Sequence record: NZ_CP014126.2
Strand: one strand, 5' to 3'
From: a plasmid
DNA: 64,000 nucleotides
Below the pieces are notes generated by a model. It had not been told where the DNA came from and did no database searches. It saw nothing but the letters and a program-made list of their open reading frames with translations. This document shows positions 36,526 through 46,314 of this stretch, piece after piece. Position 1 is the first letter of the stretch; each line of letters starts with the position of its first letter. A program made the translations under genes and the position numbers.

Positions 36526-37347
36526 ATGGTCCGTTTTTCTTCCCGCTATGCAGCCCCGACTGCTATCCGTAAAAACAGCCCGCTCAATAATGATGAGCTG
36601 ATGCGCATTGTTCCGAGCGCATTTTCCGCCGAAAAGCATGATTCACGCTCTGAGCGTTATACCTATATTCCTACCATTACCCTGCTGGATAAACTGCGTG
36701 AAGAAGGGTTCGAACCTTTTTATGCCAGCCAGTCGCGCGTCCGCGATCCGGAAAGACGTGAGTTTACCAAACACATGATCCGCCTGCGCCGGGGAAATAA
36801 TAACAGCGGCGAAGAGGTGCCGGAAATCGTATTACTGAACAGCCATGACGGCTCCAGCAGTTATAAAATGATCCCCGGTATTTTCCGGCAGGTCTGCACG
36901 AATGGCCTGGTGTGCTGGAAATCGTTTGGTGAAATCAGCGTGCCACACAAGGGGGATATTGTATCGCAGGTTATTGAAGGCGCTTATGAGGTGCTGGGCG
37001 TATTCGATAAGGTGGAAAATAATATCAGCATGATGAAATCCATTCAGGTTAACAGTGAAGAACGCCGCCTGCTGGGCCAGCTGGCGCTGGAATATAAATA
37101 TGACGGCAAAGAGCCGCCGGTGTCAGCTGAGCGTATTATTAAGCCGCGTGCCTGGTATGACAAAGGCACCGACCTGTGGACCGCGTTTAATATCGTGCAG
37201 GAGAACCTGATTAAGGGGGGGATGCCCGGCAGAACGGCAAAGGGAAAAAGAACTACGACACGACCGGTAACGGGCATCGACGGCGATATAAAGCTGAATC
37301 AGGCGCTGTGGAAGATGGCGGAGGAGTTCGCAAAACTCAAATCATGA
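36526..37347 (+). CDS. DUF932-like plasmid/phage protein (YfjQ-type)
   Basis: ~270 aa; the conserved central block NSHDGSSSYKMIPGIFRQVCTNGLV is characteristic of this leading-region family (recollection, not searched). Confidence 0.45.
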   Translation: MVRFSSRYAAPTAIRKNSPLNNDELMRIVPSAFSAEKHDSRSERYTYIPTITLLDKLREEGFEPFYASQSRVRDPERREFTKHMIRLRRGNNNSGEEVPEIVLLNSHDGSSSYKMIPGIFRQVCTNGLVCWKSFGEISVPHKGDIVSQVIEGAYEVLGVFDKVENNISMMKSIQVNSEERRLLGQLALEYKYDGKEPPVSAERIIKPRAWYDKGTDLWTAFNIVQENLIKGGMPGRTAKGKRTTTRPVTGIDGDIKLNQALWKMAEEFAKLKS

Positions 37348-37380
37348 AAATAACCCCGGCATGCCGGGGTTATTTTTTGT
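37347..37380. terminator. bidirectional rho-independent terminator (aaccccggc-atg-ccggggtt followed by a T-run)
   Basis: GC hairpin flanked by A-run and T-run between convergent genes. Confidence 0.75.
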
Positions 37381-37903
37381 CAGGCATTACGTCCGCAGCT
37401 AAGAAATTTTCAGGCGCGGGCGTTTTTTTATTCTGCTTCGCCATTGCGGTGTAAACCTCATCCCGTGCAATGAGCACGCGGTAAATACTCTTGATGATTG
37501 CAGCATATTCACGACGCTGTTTGATCAGCTTCGGACTCGGGCCGGTGTTGTACATCCCGACGCTGTCCCAGTTTCTGCCATACTGTCTGAAATTTCGCGC
37601 CTCGATCCACGCACCGGTATAAATGCAGATGCACGGATCTTTCAGCAGCCTTTCCCGCGTAATATCAAACTTTTTCAGCTGATTAAAGTGAGAGCTGTTT
37701 ATCTGCATATTGCAGACATCATGCGTGCCGCCGCTGCTTTTCGTATTCAGCGCATTATTACGCATGCGTGATTCCTGAATGGAATGCGCCATCAGGAGAC
37801 GCGGATCAATACCGAAATCCTGCCCGGCTTTTGTGAAACACATTTCCGGCGCAGCCTGCGCGCTGAATACAGCGGCAAGCGCGAGAGCAGCAAATATTTT
37901 CAT
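37370..37903 (-). CDS. lytic transglycosylase, SLT domain (F orf169 / R1 P19-like)
   Basis: Signal peptide MKIFAALALAAVFSAQA. Catalytic-Glu region LLMAHSIQESRMRNNA. 177 aa. Confidence 0.75.
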   Translation of the reverse strand: MKIFAALALAAVFSAQAAPEMCFTKAGQDFGIDPRLLMAHSIQESRMRNNALNTKSSGGTHDVCNMQINSSHFNQLKKFDITRERLLKDPCICIYTGAWIEARNFRQYGRNWDSVGMYNTGPSPKLIKQRREYAAIIKSIYRVLIARDEVYTAMAKQNKKTPAPENFLAADVMPDKK

Positions 37904-37989
37904 TCTGATAATCTCACGTACGTGCGCGTAAAGCGCCAGGCGGGTTCGTGTGGAAAATACCCGCTCAGATCATTGCTTGCAAGATAATT

Positions 37990-38740
37990 CGTTACAGACG
38001 CGCACGTTGCGCTGACCGGCTGGTGACGAACCTTGTCAGGGATATAAAGAATTCAGCAGGATAGCTTTATTTATCAAGCCGCTCTCCGGGTGTAAGATTT
38101 CATCACACCCCACGCAAGATTTCATCTTGCAGTTTTTTTATTTTAAAACATAGAGTTATCCTGTTTTTAATGGAGTTTTTTGTTTATATAAAATTAAAAG
38201 TGTGCTAATTAACACACTTTACAGTGCCGTATTGTGTGTCATGATGGTGCCTTATTGTGTGTTGTTATGGTGCTGGATTGTGTGTTGTGACAGTGCCGCC
38301 TTGTGTGGTAATTAGGCACTGCAAAAGGCACTGTAGGGTGTGCTAATTATCGCTAGTCATTAAAATCAATAACCTAGATATATGCTACGCCATGCTAGTG
38401 CCTGATTAACACACATCAAAACAGCCCACAGTGCCGGATTGGCACACCTAAAATAGAGTAGTAATGCCTGCTCACCACATCTTAGTTACTCAGGTTTTAT
38501 CATTTCTTATGGCCTGGAAAGCTATATAGTGCTGAATTAACACACATTTTTGATGCGTCGCCTGCTATATCAGATCTCATGAAAAAATAATTACCTAGTG
38601 CTGGATTGACACACACTCATTCAAAGAGAAATAATTAAAACAGCTGAGCTACACCTTCTACATATTTCTCCAGAAAAGATGCTCTGGTTTCTTATTCGCT
38701 TAAATTTTTCAGAATGCGATCTTATTTTCGCCGCTACGGA
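37990..38740. promoter_or_regulatory. oriT: oriT region: F-type nic sequence plus arrays of putative relaxosome-protein binding sites
   Basis: The minus strand reads TTGCGTGGGGTGTGATGA at 38101-38118 (compare F nic GCGTGGGGTGT|GGTG). A-tract bend at 38133-38150. Palindrome GTGTGCTAATTAACACAC at 38200-38217. Four tandem 23-bp repeats (gtgccNNattgtgtgt...) at 38223-38312. Further AGTGCYNGATTRACACAC copies at ~38388, 38425, 38529 and 38597. traM lies immediately downstream. Confidence 0.7.
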
Positions 38741-38751
38741 GTGACAGCAAA

Positions 38752-39138
38752 ATGGCCCGAAGGAATATTTATTTTAAAGAGAAAACTGAAAGGGAAGTCC
38801 TTGAGCTTGTACAGATTGAGCTTCAGAACGGAGCCACACACGGCGAGATAAACTTTTCCTCTGTTGTGAATGAGCTCGTCGGTATTGGTTTGATGGTAAA
38901 AAAACATCAGGGTGAAGGTAGCAAGTTTGATGCTGAGGGATTCAATCGAGATCTGATACGCAAAGTTTCGGGAACCCGTGAAGGAACCAGCATTATGATT
39001 GCAATGCTTACAGAAATGTACCTGCATGTCAGAGGAGAGAACAATGCACACGCTCTGGAGGAGCTGATTGACCGTAACCTGACGGGGATAAGTGCGGCAG
39101 AGGATAGGGCTGAAAATAAGCATTTTATCCAGGAATAA
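38752..39138 (+). CDS. traM: TraM relaxosome accessory protein
   Basis: 127-aa protein. N-terminal RHH-like segment (RRNIYFKEKTEREVLELVQIE) and C-terminal tetramerisation-like helix. It is positioned right after oriT, as in F. Confidence 0.7.
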   Translation: MARRNIYFKEKTEREVLELVQIELQNGATHGEINFSSVVNELVGIGLMVKKHQGEGSKFDAEGFNRDLIRKVSGTREGTSIMIAMLTEMYLHVRGENNAHALEELIDRNLTGISAAEDRAENKHFIQE

Positions 39139-39142
39139 CGAA

Positions 39143-39172
39143 GCCGGGCGTTTGCCCGGCAATTTTTAATTT
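39143..39172. terminator. bidirectional terminator gccgggcg-tt-tgcccggc plus T-run
   Basis: Hairpin between convergent traM and the histidine kinase gene. Confidence 0.65.
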
Positions 39173-40431
39173 ACGCGCGAAACAGGGATTCTCAGCGTGA
39201 ACGTAGTACCCTTTCCGATTTCAGAGTGTGCCTTTATTGAACCGCTCATGGTTTTTATATAACTGTTCACAATAGTAAGTCCGAGTCCAAGACCTTGCCT
39301 GGTTTCTGATTCAGCACCTTGATTAAAAGGCTTGTAGAGGAACTTTAACTTACGCATGTCAAAGCCACATCCATTATCACTTACTCTTATCATTAAAATT
39401 CTATCGGTCAGTCTGAGTCTTACATCTATTAATCCATTACTGGTGTTTTTATTGGAATTATCTATCAGGTTGTGAATAATCGATATGAGCTTTTGCTTAT
39501 CAGTTCGAATCAGTGTTTCAGGCAGGTTTACATGAAACTCTAATGTGTTTGTTGTTTCATTGAAGAGTGACATGCTTGATTCGATTATTTCATTGAGCCT
39601 GAAAGTTGTCACATTTAAACCAACGTTTCCGATTTCAATCTTCGAGAACTCAAGGATCTCTTTTGTTTGCTGGAAGAGTTTATTTGAGTGTAATGAGATT
39701 TTTGCAAGATATTTCTGAGTTGCGAGCATGCCCTCTTGGGGATCTATCATATCGCATGCGAGTTGAATTTTTTGGATTGAACCAGACATTTCGTGATAAA
39801 TTGCCGAGATAAAGATATTCTTACCTTTTATGGCTGCTTTAAGTTTGGAGATGTGCATCCATAATACGATCATTAGAAGAAAAAGAAGGAATATACTTGC
39901 GAGCGCAGTTGTTTCTGCACTCATTGAGTTATCGCTTATTATCTTTTTAACTCTCTCAAAGTTTTTAATCTGAATACGATAGATGATTTGTTGGAGGTCA
40001 ATCAAAGCCGGTTGCATTTCATCCATTTTACTTAGCAGCATTGCTTTTGTTGATGAAGGGTTTTCCGGATTATAGAGTGCGCCTAAATCAGCGCTTTGTT
40101 TTTCAATATTACTTAGAGCTGATATGAAATCTGGCTCGTAATAAAACGTGCCGCTATAATTATATTTATTGCGAAGGATTAGTAGTTTTGAGTCAAAGAC
40201 GGATTTACTGATCAGGAAAGCATTCGGATTTTCAGTTTTATAAACTGCAGTTCTGGTACGTTCGAAAGCAAGAAATAATATTTCTGCAGTAGAATAGTTA
40301 TCAAGAGTAGGAGCTATACTTCTGTACTGATTTTTTACTTCATTGAACTTCATAACAGTTAGATAGACGGAACCTCCAAAAAGCAGAGTCAGTACCAGGC
40401 CAAAAAATACCGCTGTTTTTTTACCTTTCAT
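39166..40431 (-). CDS. sensor histidine kinase with a ~160-aa periplasmic domain
   Basis: TM1 VFFGLVLTLLFGGSVYLTV; TM2 ALASIFLLFLLMIVLWM. H-box ISAIYHEMSGSIQKI; N-box IHNLIDNSNKNT; G1 DNGCGFD; G2 GLGLGLTI. AT-rich. Confidence 0.8.
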   Translation of the reverse strand: MKGKKTAVFFGLVLTLLFGGSVYLTVMKFNEVKNQYRSIAPTLDNYSTAEILFLAFERTRTAVYKTENPNAFLISKSVFDSKLLILRNKYNYSGTFYYEPDFISALSNIEKQSADLGALYNPENPSSTKAMLLSKMDEMQPALIDLQQIIYRIQIKNFERVKKIISDNSMSAETTALASIFLLFLLMIVLWMHISKLKAAIKGKNIFISAIYHEMSGSIQKIQLACDMIDPQEGMLATQKYLAKISLHSNKLFQQTKEILEFSKIEIGNVGLNVTTFRLNEIIESSMSLFNETTNTLEFHVNLPETLIRTDKQKLISIIHNLIDNSNKNTSNGLIDVRLRLTDRILMIRVSDNGCGFDMRKLKFLYKPFNQGAESETRQGLGLGLTIVNSYIKTMSGSIKAHSEIGKGTTFTLRIPVSRVN

Positions 40432-40882
40432 CTACCGCCTCAATTCTGTTTATCTGCCAGACAGTGCGAGCATTTACTTCAAGATTATTCAACTCTGGAT
40501 GCTGGTCCCTGGGATAAATGACAGCAAAAGGACCGAGATCTGAGACGGGTATCTGTTTTCCGTTTTTCTTGTAGGCAAGGATGACTCCATACTTGTCCAG
40601 TTCGGCTACGGGGAGGGTATAGCTGTAGTCATCAAGAGCAAAGATTCGCAACTGAGAGGCCTGAACACCGTACGATTTCAGGAGCGTAGTAAAAGTTACA
40701 CCTTCGAATGTTGCTTCAGGGGTGAAATTAGTAGAGGTTTTAATAGTTGATAAAGCCAGATGTGACAGGTCTTCTGTAGTGATCGTTCTAGTCGTTTTAC
40801 CAAAAACTAACTGAAGCGTGTCTGCCAGCACCACAGGTGCTGACGTCATGGAGAGACACAATATACATGCCCTTATTATCAT
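40421..40882 (-). CDS. secreted small protein, possibly with a sulfite-oxidase/YedY-like fold lacking Mo ligands; putative co-sensor
   Basis: Signal peptide; GVTFTTLLKSYG...ALDDYSYTL...GPFAVIYPRDQHPELNNLEVNARTVWQINRIEAV loosely follows the Moco-oxidoreductase domain consensus. Overlaps the kinase gene start. Confidence 0.35.
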   Translation of the reverse strand: MIIRACILCLSMTSAPVVLADTLQLVFGKTTRTITTEDLSHLALSTIKTSTNFTPEATFEGVTFTTLLKSYGVQASQLRIFALDDYSYTLPVAELDKYGVILAYKKNGKQIPVSDLGPFAVIYPRDQHPELNNLEVNARTVWQINRIEAVDER

Positions 40883-41322
40883 TTTTGTTTCCTTTTTCGC
40901 ATGATCAGTTGGCCAAATTCATCGTCACCTTGCGGCACCCAACCTCGGGCTGCATAAAATCCTGCCGCAGAAGACCCTTTATCGGTGGTCAGTTCAATCT
41001 GGTCATCACTTCCGCTAAAGAACCAGTCTGTGATCCTTTCGAGTATCTCACTCCCAATACCTCGCCCGTGATACTCCGGTCTGACAAACAGGCCGCCAAT
41101 GAGGGCATGGGGAATGTGTATACCCAGTCCGTAACCCACAAACTCGTCATTAATACTGCAGATCCATCCACCCCCCTGGCTGATGTCTTCAATTACCTGT
41201 TCTCTCTGCAGATATTGTATCTGGTGAGCATGAACCATGTTTTCCTTTACAGAAAAACGGATGTCGTAAACTTCCTTGATGTGTCTTGGTTCAAGTTTCA
41301 GGAATTCCATTTTTAGTACCAT
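40879..41322 (-). CDS. GNAT-family N-acetyltransferase
   Basis: Acetyl-CoA motif A: FVRPEYHGRGIGSEILERI. 147 aa. Confidence 0.75.
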   Translation of the reverse strand: MVLKMEFLKLEPRHIKEVYDIRFSVKENMVHAHQIQYLQREQVIEDISQGGGWICSINDEFVGYGLGIHIPHALIGGLFVRPEYHGRGIGSEILERITDWFFSGSDDQIELTTDKGSSAAGFYAARGWVPQGDDEFGQLIMRKRKQK

Positions 41323-41325
41323 TAT

Positions 41326-42096
41326 TTAATAGAAAATGTTTGCCAGAAGAATTGAGGATAAAATAAACACCCGCGTCGGTTTCTCGACAAGTTCAACACC
41401 ATACTTGACGATGGTTTCACCGATTTCCTGTTCATGCTGATTTAACTGTCCTGTTAACAAGATAATCGGAACTTTCTCATCTGTACTGCGAATTTTCTTA
41501 ATGACTTCCTCTGAGTTTTGATCATAGTCAAGTAGCCAGTCAATAACATACCCATCATAAGATTCGCTATCAATAGCTTCACTGAGAGAGGCCGCAGTCT
41601 GAAAGGCCTGCCCGTCTATGCCGTACCTATTGGATACAGACTGCATTAACTCCAGGATTTCATTGTCATTATCAAGTATCGCTATTTTTGGGGCAGGCAA
41701 AAGGTCCATTTTCTTTACTTTCTTCATATCTTTGTGAATTTTTGAAGAAGTCGGGTTTATAATATAGAAGTTCTTACTTTTATATGCATAGTTAATACCA
41801 GGTTCTTTAACCTCTACATCTTCATTACTTACTTCAACATTACATCGGATATGAATGTCGTTTACTATAAATAAGCCATTATAGTTACGCCTATCATCTA
41901 ATGATTCATTGAAGAAAGAAAAAATACGTTTTACTTCCTGATAAGTTATGCCACGTTTTTCGTCTAGTTTTTGTTTGGCGCTCTTATATTGAATGTCTAG
42001 TATTTCAGCAATAGTAGATGCCTGCTTTCTTTTTCCTATTCCCTTCCGTTCCAACAGGTTCAGGACTTTTTCAAGATTTAGCTTTGGTCTTTCCAA
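41326..42096 (-). CDS. atypical response regulator: N-terminal HTH, C-terminal receiver domain
   Basis: C-terminal REC pattern (KIAILDNDNE...DGYVIDWLLD...VPIILLTGQ...VEKP). N-terminus has an HTH-like stretch (KRKQASTIAEILDIQYKSAKQKL). It occupies the traJ position, on the opposite strand. Confidence 0.6.
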   Translation of the reverse strand: MERPKLNLEKVLNLLERKGIGKRKQASTIAEILDIQYKSAKQKLDEKRGITYQEVKRIFSFFNESLDDRRNYNGLFIVNDIHIRCNVEVSNEDVEVKEPGINYAYKSKNFYIINPTSSKIHKDMKKVKKMDLLPAPKIAILDNDNEILELMQSVSNRYGIDGQAFQTAASLSEAIDSESYDGYVIDWLLDYDQNSEEVIKKIRSTDEKVPIILLTGQLNQHEQEIGETIVKYGVELVEKPTRVFILSSILLANIFY

Positions 42097-42798
42097 TTGA
42101 ACACCCGGCTGTATTGAATAGATTTAATAGTTTGCGTTTTTGCATTTCAATTTGGGTTAACTCAAAGATGATACACGACTGACGAACTTTTGAAGATAAT
42201 TTTATGCTGTCAACTTATTGATATATATAGAGTTATTGTAAGTCCTCGCAATGGAATCAGAAAAATCCTCAAAAAATACTCAGCAAGGGGTTCACTTAGG
42301 GAGCGGTTATCTAGTAAAGTAGTGTAAGTGCCTTACATACATGTGCTCGCAGCGTAACGCCAAAGCTGTCGTGCTGTGTAAGGTGAGGCTCAATGTCAGT
42401 TTAAAAAAATATGAACTCATGCTACGCCATAGCCTCACTGAATTTATTCTTGAATGGGGTCTAACTGCTACTGATGAGCTCATATATAAAATAATACATA
42501 CATAAACCTATGCCGAAGTGTTCTCCACAAACATCTTTGCATAGCTGCGTTCAATCAGCCCCTCTCCTGTTCAGCATGTCTGGTGAGGGGCAGTTGATCG
42601 TTTTACAGATACTTTCCAGATAGGTTTCCAACACCAGGGTTTTTTCTTCTTCTTTTCATTAACTAAGAGTTTTCTTTTCTCAGGAGGTGTGAGGTATCTA
42701 AAAGCCAAATTTCATTATCAATACTAGTCCCCGTTAATTAATGCATACGCTTTATGCGCGTATGAACTCAGTGTTTTTTTTAAACTGGATATTCACAA

Positions 42799-43221
42799 AT
42801 GAAAATTACCCACTCCGTTACCGGTTTACCGGTGAACGTGGCGGTAGCATTGCCTGATGAGGTTAAGACTCACACAGGCAATGTATTCAGCCGCACCGCC
42901 AACCGTTTCCATTCTGCTTCTTCTCTGTTCTTAACCTCCCTGAAATCCTCCCCCTCATTTCGCCACAGCCTAATGCTGTGCGCGTTGATGCTGGTTGTTG
43001 TGGCTTTTCCACATATTGCTAATGCCACTGACCTGCTGAAGACGCAGCAGCAGGATGCCAGTGACACGTTTGGCCTGCAAAGCTCCGTTATGCGCTGGAT
43101 TTATTTCGCAGAGATCATCATTTCAGTTGTGGGGTTCATTAAGACCCGAAATCCTCTGGTTTTTGTCGGCCTTATTGTGGTCCTGCTCGTAACCCGTGCT
43201 TTCTACGGTATGGTCGGGTGA
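42799..43221 (+). CDS. traA: TraA propilin (F-type pilin)
   Basis: The C-terminal 65 aa (TDLLKTQQQDASDTFGLQSSVMRWIYFAEIIISVVGFIKTRNPLVFVGLIVVLLVTRAFYGMVG) match the F pilin architecture. Long leader peptide. Confidence 0.75.
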   Translation: MKITHSVTGLPVNVAVALPDEVKTHTGNVFSRTANRFHSASSLFLTSLKSSPSFRHSLMLCALMLVVVAFPHIANATDLLKTQQQDASDTFGLQSSVMRWIYFAEIIISVVGFIKTRNPLVFVGLIVVLLVTRAFYGMVG

Positions 43222-43224
43222 TAT

Positions 43225-43530
43225 ATGGAAGACAGGGAATCGCGAAGGTATTACTTCCCGGAAACCCTAAACAACCAAAAGCGTTGGTTTGGTCTGCCAC
43301 CTGAAGAGGCGGTTATTCTCATTGGTTGTGGCGGACTGGGGTTCTGGATTGACATGTTTGTCATCATGCTCATTACCGGCGGTGCGCTCTGGCTTCTTAT
43401 ACGTCACCTTAAGAAGGGGCAGGGGTCCTGGTGGCTTCTGAACCTTCTTTATTGGTATCTGCCCACCACGCTTTTCCGGACGCAGCTGCGGCGTGTTCCG
43501 GATTCCGGCAACCGTCACTGGATGCAGTAG
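43225..43530 (+). CDS. traL: TraL
   Basis: RRYYFPETLNNQKRWFGLPPEE...SWWLLNLLYWYLP...DSGNRHW matches F TraL (YRFPDTLNQPWR...SANREW). Confidence 0.8.
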   Translation: MEDRESRRYYFPETLNNQKRWFGLPPEEAVILIGCGGLGFWIDMFVIMLITGGALWLLIRHLKKGQGSWWLLNLLYWYLPTTLFRTQLRRVPDSGNRHWMQ

Positions 43531-43581
43531 CCCTTCTGCCGCCTTTCGGGGCGGCACATTTCCCTGAAAATGGGAGGACTC

Positions 43582-44190
43582 ATGAAACTTCAGATAAAAG
43601 AAACGCGCCACCGCGTGGTGGTATACACGCTCACGGGACTCGTCGCCCTCGTCTTTCTTCTTGCTGTTGCCTGTGGCATTACCGGTGCAATGGCTTGGTA
43701 TTTTGCTCACACGCAGAAAACCATCACCACTCCGATGACATTCGACAGACCATTTGTCTCCGATGTAACAGCCGGAGACGCAGCGCTGAATAGCATGCTT
43801 GTACGATCACTCGTTAACCTGCGTCTCAACGTCACGCCAGAAACGGTCGATCGCCAGCACGAGCTTCTTCTGAGTTTTGTAACTCCTGAAGCACGCTCTG
43901 AAATGAAAAAGGTGTTGGCTACCGAATCCGCATATGTGAAAAAAAATGGTATTGCCAGTGTGTATAGCATTGAGCAGGAGGCCACTGACCCTAAGACCGG
44001 CGATATCACGGTCGGAGGGACACTTCGAGCCAGTACTACAAACGGCAGCGTCAGCGTTGATCTGCCTGTTGCCAGGCAGGCCTGGCGGCTTCGTCTCCAC
44101 TACGTAAATGGCCTAATCCGACTTGAAGCCTTTCCCGAAGTGTCCTGGTCCGCCTCTTTCAACGCAGATAGCTCTGGAAAATCATTATGA
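43582..44190 (+). CDS. traE: TraE
   Basis: N-terminal transmembrane segment; TPMTFDRPF..LRLNVTPETVD matches F TraE (TPMAFNAPF...LRLNVSSETVD). ATG at 43582 after GGAGGA. Confidence 0.8.
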   Translation: MKLQIKETRHRVVVYTLTGLVALVFLLAVACGITGAMAWYFAHTQKTITTPMTFDRPFVSDVTAGDAALNSMLVRSLVNLRLNVTPETVDRQHELLLSFVTPEARSEMKKVLATESAYVKKNGIASVYSIEQEATDPKTGDITVGGTLRASTTNGSVSVDLPVARQAWRLRLHYVNGLIRLEAFPEVSWSASFNADSSGKSL

Positions 44191-44918
44191 AAGCACAACT
44201 GATTGCCGCGTTCATCGCCGGTGTCATCCTGACTGGTCCGGTCAGCGCTACCGTACCCGGACCGGCTGGTACTGTATTTGAAAATAATGCGCATCTTAAA
44301 GCGATGATGAGTAATACCAGTCCAAATAAAATTGTTATCGATGGTGAATTGATCACTGGTATTACCGGCCCTGATAACGCCTATAAAAAAGCAAATACTG
44401 CCGATGGCGCACTGCTGATAACGCCTCTTACGGGGCAGGATTTCACAATCTTCCTTGAAACTGCCAGCGGCGTAGGCGTCTCAATTGATGTATCACCGAA
44501 ACCGGGAAACGGGCGCACTCTGCACCTTATTCCGGCAGATGCACCGGTGAAACCTAACCCTGACGCTAAATCATGGGAAGAAAGTCAGCCGTTCCAGAAA
44601 ATACTGGTGAGCATTGCTCGCACCGTAGCGAATGGCGAGGTACCTGAAAACTATACCGAGATTAAGGCTTCGCGCGGTCCTGCTTATACCCCCCCCGCTG
44701 GCGTGCAGCTGACACCTGAACGTCAGTTGGCAGGTTCGCATCTGCGGGTGATGCGTTATCGCATAAAAAATACAGGCTATGTGACCCGGATGCTTAGCGA
44801 GAAACAGTTCTGGCAGAAGGACGTGCGTGCAGTAATGCTCTCAACACAAACGCTTTATGCGAACGGTGAAGGCTTTGTATGGGTGATCTTCTCAACTGAT
44901 CCGGAGGGCGGAGCATGA
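44187..44918 (+). CDS. traK: TraK (secretin-like)
   Basis: Signal peptide; position and size (243 aa) fit TraK. Confidence 0.75.
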   Translation: MKAQLIAAFIAGVILTGPVSATVPGPAGTVFENNAHLKAMMSNTSPNKIVIDGELITGITGPDNAYKKANTADGALLITPLTGQDFTIFLETASGVGVSIDVSPKPGNGRTLHLIPADAPVKPNPDAKSWEESQPFQKILVSIARTVANGEVPENYTEIKASRGPAYTPPAGVQLTPERQLAGSHLRVMRYRIKNTGYVTRMLSEKQFWQKDVRAVMLSTQTLYANGEGFVWVIFSTDPEGGA

Positions 44919-46303
44919 GCAATATCAATACCGCAACGCGTCGCCGGCAGTGGGTAATCACCGGTGTGGCCGTCGCGGTTATGCTGGCTGTGGGCGCGGG
45001 TATATGGGGGTATTCAGAGCATCTTGCGGCACTGAAAAATCCTCCTCCGGCTCCAACCGCAGATCTGACAGGAGCAGGACTCGTCAGCAGTAGTTTTACC
45101 GCTGCAGTGTCAGAGTCCGTACTGACGCAGCAGCAGAACAAGACTGCCTCCCTTGAAAAGGACCTATCTACGCTGTCCAATAATGTCAGTTCACAGAACG
45201 AAGCGCTGACGCGCAAACTCGAACAGATAAGCTCGGCACTGGATAAGCTGCAGAGTCAGACGGACAAACCGCCATCGCAGAACGGGCCTGTCACTTCACA
45301 AACCGGACCAGGGACAACCGCTACTGGTCCAGCCTCGCTGGGACAGTCTGGTCCGGCACAATGGCGCGTAACTAACCCCGGTAACGGTCCGGGAGCAGGG
45401 CAGGGGAGTCAATTCTATCCTGCACAGAGTCATAGTTTTTATCCCGGTAACGGTACTGTGCGCCCGGGTGGTCTGAGTCGAGATACTTTTACCTACGCTG
45501 CGCTCGCAGAGAAAAAGACAAAGCTTCCCTGGATTCCATCAGGATCGTTTTCAGAAGCGGTAATGATTGAAGGCGCAGATGCCAATGCCAGTGTTACTGG
45601 CCAGCAAAATACCTCTCCAGTAGTCATTACTTTGTTGGGTGACGTTTCTATGCCCAACGGTAAAACATACAACATGGATCAGTGTCGCGTAACTGGAGAA
45701 ATTTTCGGTGATATTTCCAGCGAACGTGGCGAGGTCCGAACCAAAAACATCAGCTGCATACTGAAAAATGGCAAGCACATCGATATGGCTTTCGACGGTC
45801 ATGTGTCTTATCAGGGCAAGCAGGGTATTCGCGGCAAGCCTGTCATGCGTAATGGTGCAGTACTCGCTAACGCCGGATTTGCAGGGTTGCTATCGGGACT
45901 GGGTGAAGGTGTTCAGGCTGGCTCCACTACTACCGTCGGCATCGGTGCCACAGCTTCGCCAGCTGCAGGTGACATCTTAAGACAGGGACTAGGCGGCGGT
46001 GCCAGCAAAGCAGCAGATACGCTGAGTCAGTACTACATCAAACGCGCCGAGCAGTATCACCCTGTTATTGATATTGGTGCTGGCAACTCCGTGACAGTCG
46101 TATTCCAGCAGGGATTCAGGCTCGAAACCATTGAGGATGCTGAGGCGGAGAAAGCGCTAAAAGACGCGCCACAGGCCACTGTTCAGCAGGCTGCAGCAGT
46201 GGTGCCTGCCAGCGTCAATACAGGTAGTGCACCGGTTCTAAATCCTGATGAAGTACTGCGTCAGGCCAGTCAGTTACGTCTCGGTGATACGATCCCTCAA
46301 TGA
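44915..46303 (+). CDS. traB: TraB (VirB10-like)
   Basis: N-terminal transmembrane segment, Pro/Gln-rich linker and C-terminal beta-domain. 462 aa. Confidence 0.8.
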   Translation: MSNINTATRRRQWVITGVAVAVMLAVGAGIWGYSEHLAALKNPPPAPTADLTGAGLVSSSFTAAVSESVLTQQQNKTASLEKDLSTLSNNVSSQNEALTRKLEQISSALDKLQSQTDKPPSQNGPVTSQTGPGTTATGPASLGQSGPAQWRVTNPGNGPGAGQGSQFYPAQSHSFYPGNGTVRPGGLSRDTFTYAALAEKKTKLPWIPSGSFSEAVMIEGADANASVTGQQNTSPVVITLLGDVSMPNGKTYNMDQCRVTGEIFGDISSERGEVRTKNISCILKNGKHIDMAFDGHVSYQGKQGIRGKPVMRNGAVLANAGFAGLLSGLGEGVQAGSTTTVGIGATASPAAGDILRQGLGGGASKAADTLSQYYIKRAEQYHPVIDIGAGNSVTVVFQQGFRLETIEDAEAEKALKDAPQATVQQAAAVVPASVNTGSAPVLNPDEVLRQASQLRLGDTIPQ

Positions 46304-46314
46304 AGGAGTTTTCA

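Noticed and set aside
42097-42798. Search for traJ, traY or finP between the regulator and traA
   Set aside because: No plus-strand ORF above 20 codons with an RBS. Small ORFs (MNSCYAIASLNLFLNGV, MSGEGQLIVLQILSR) have no RHH pattern. finP-like RNA cannot be judged by eye.
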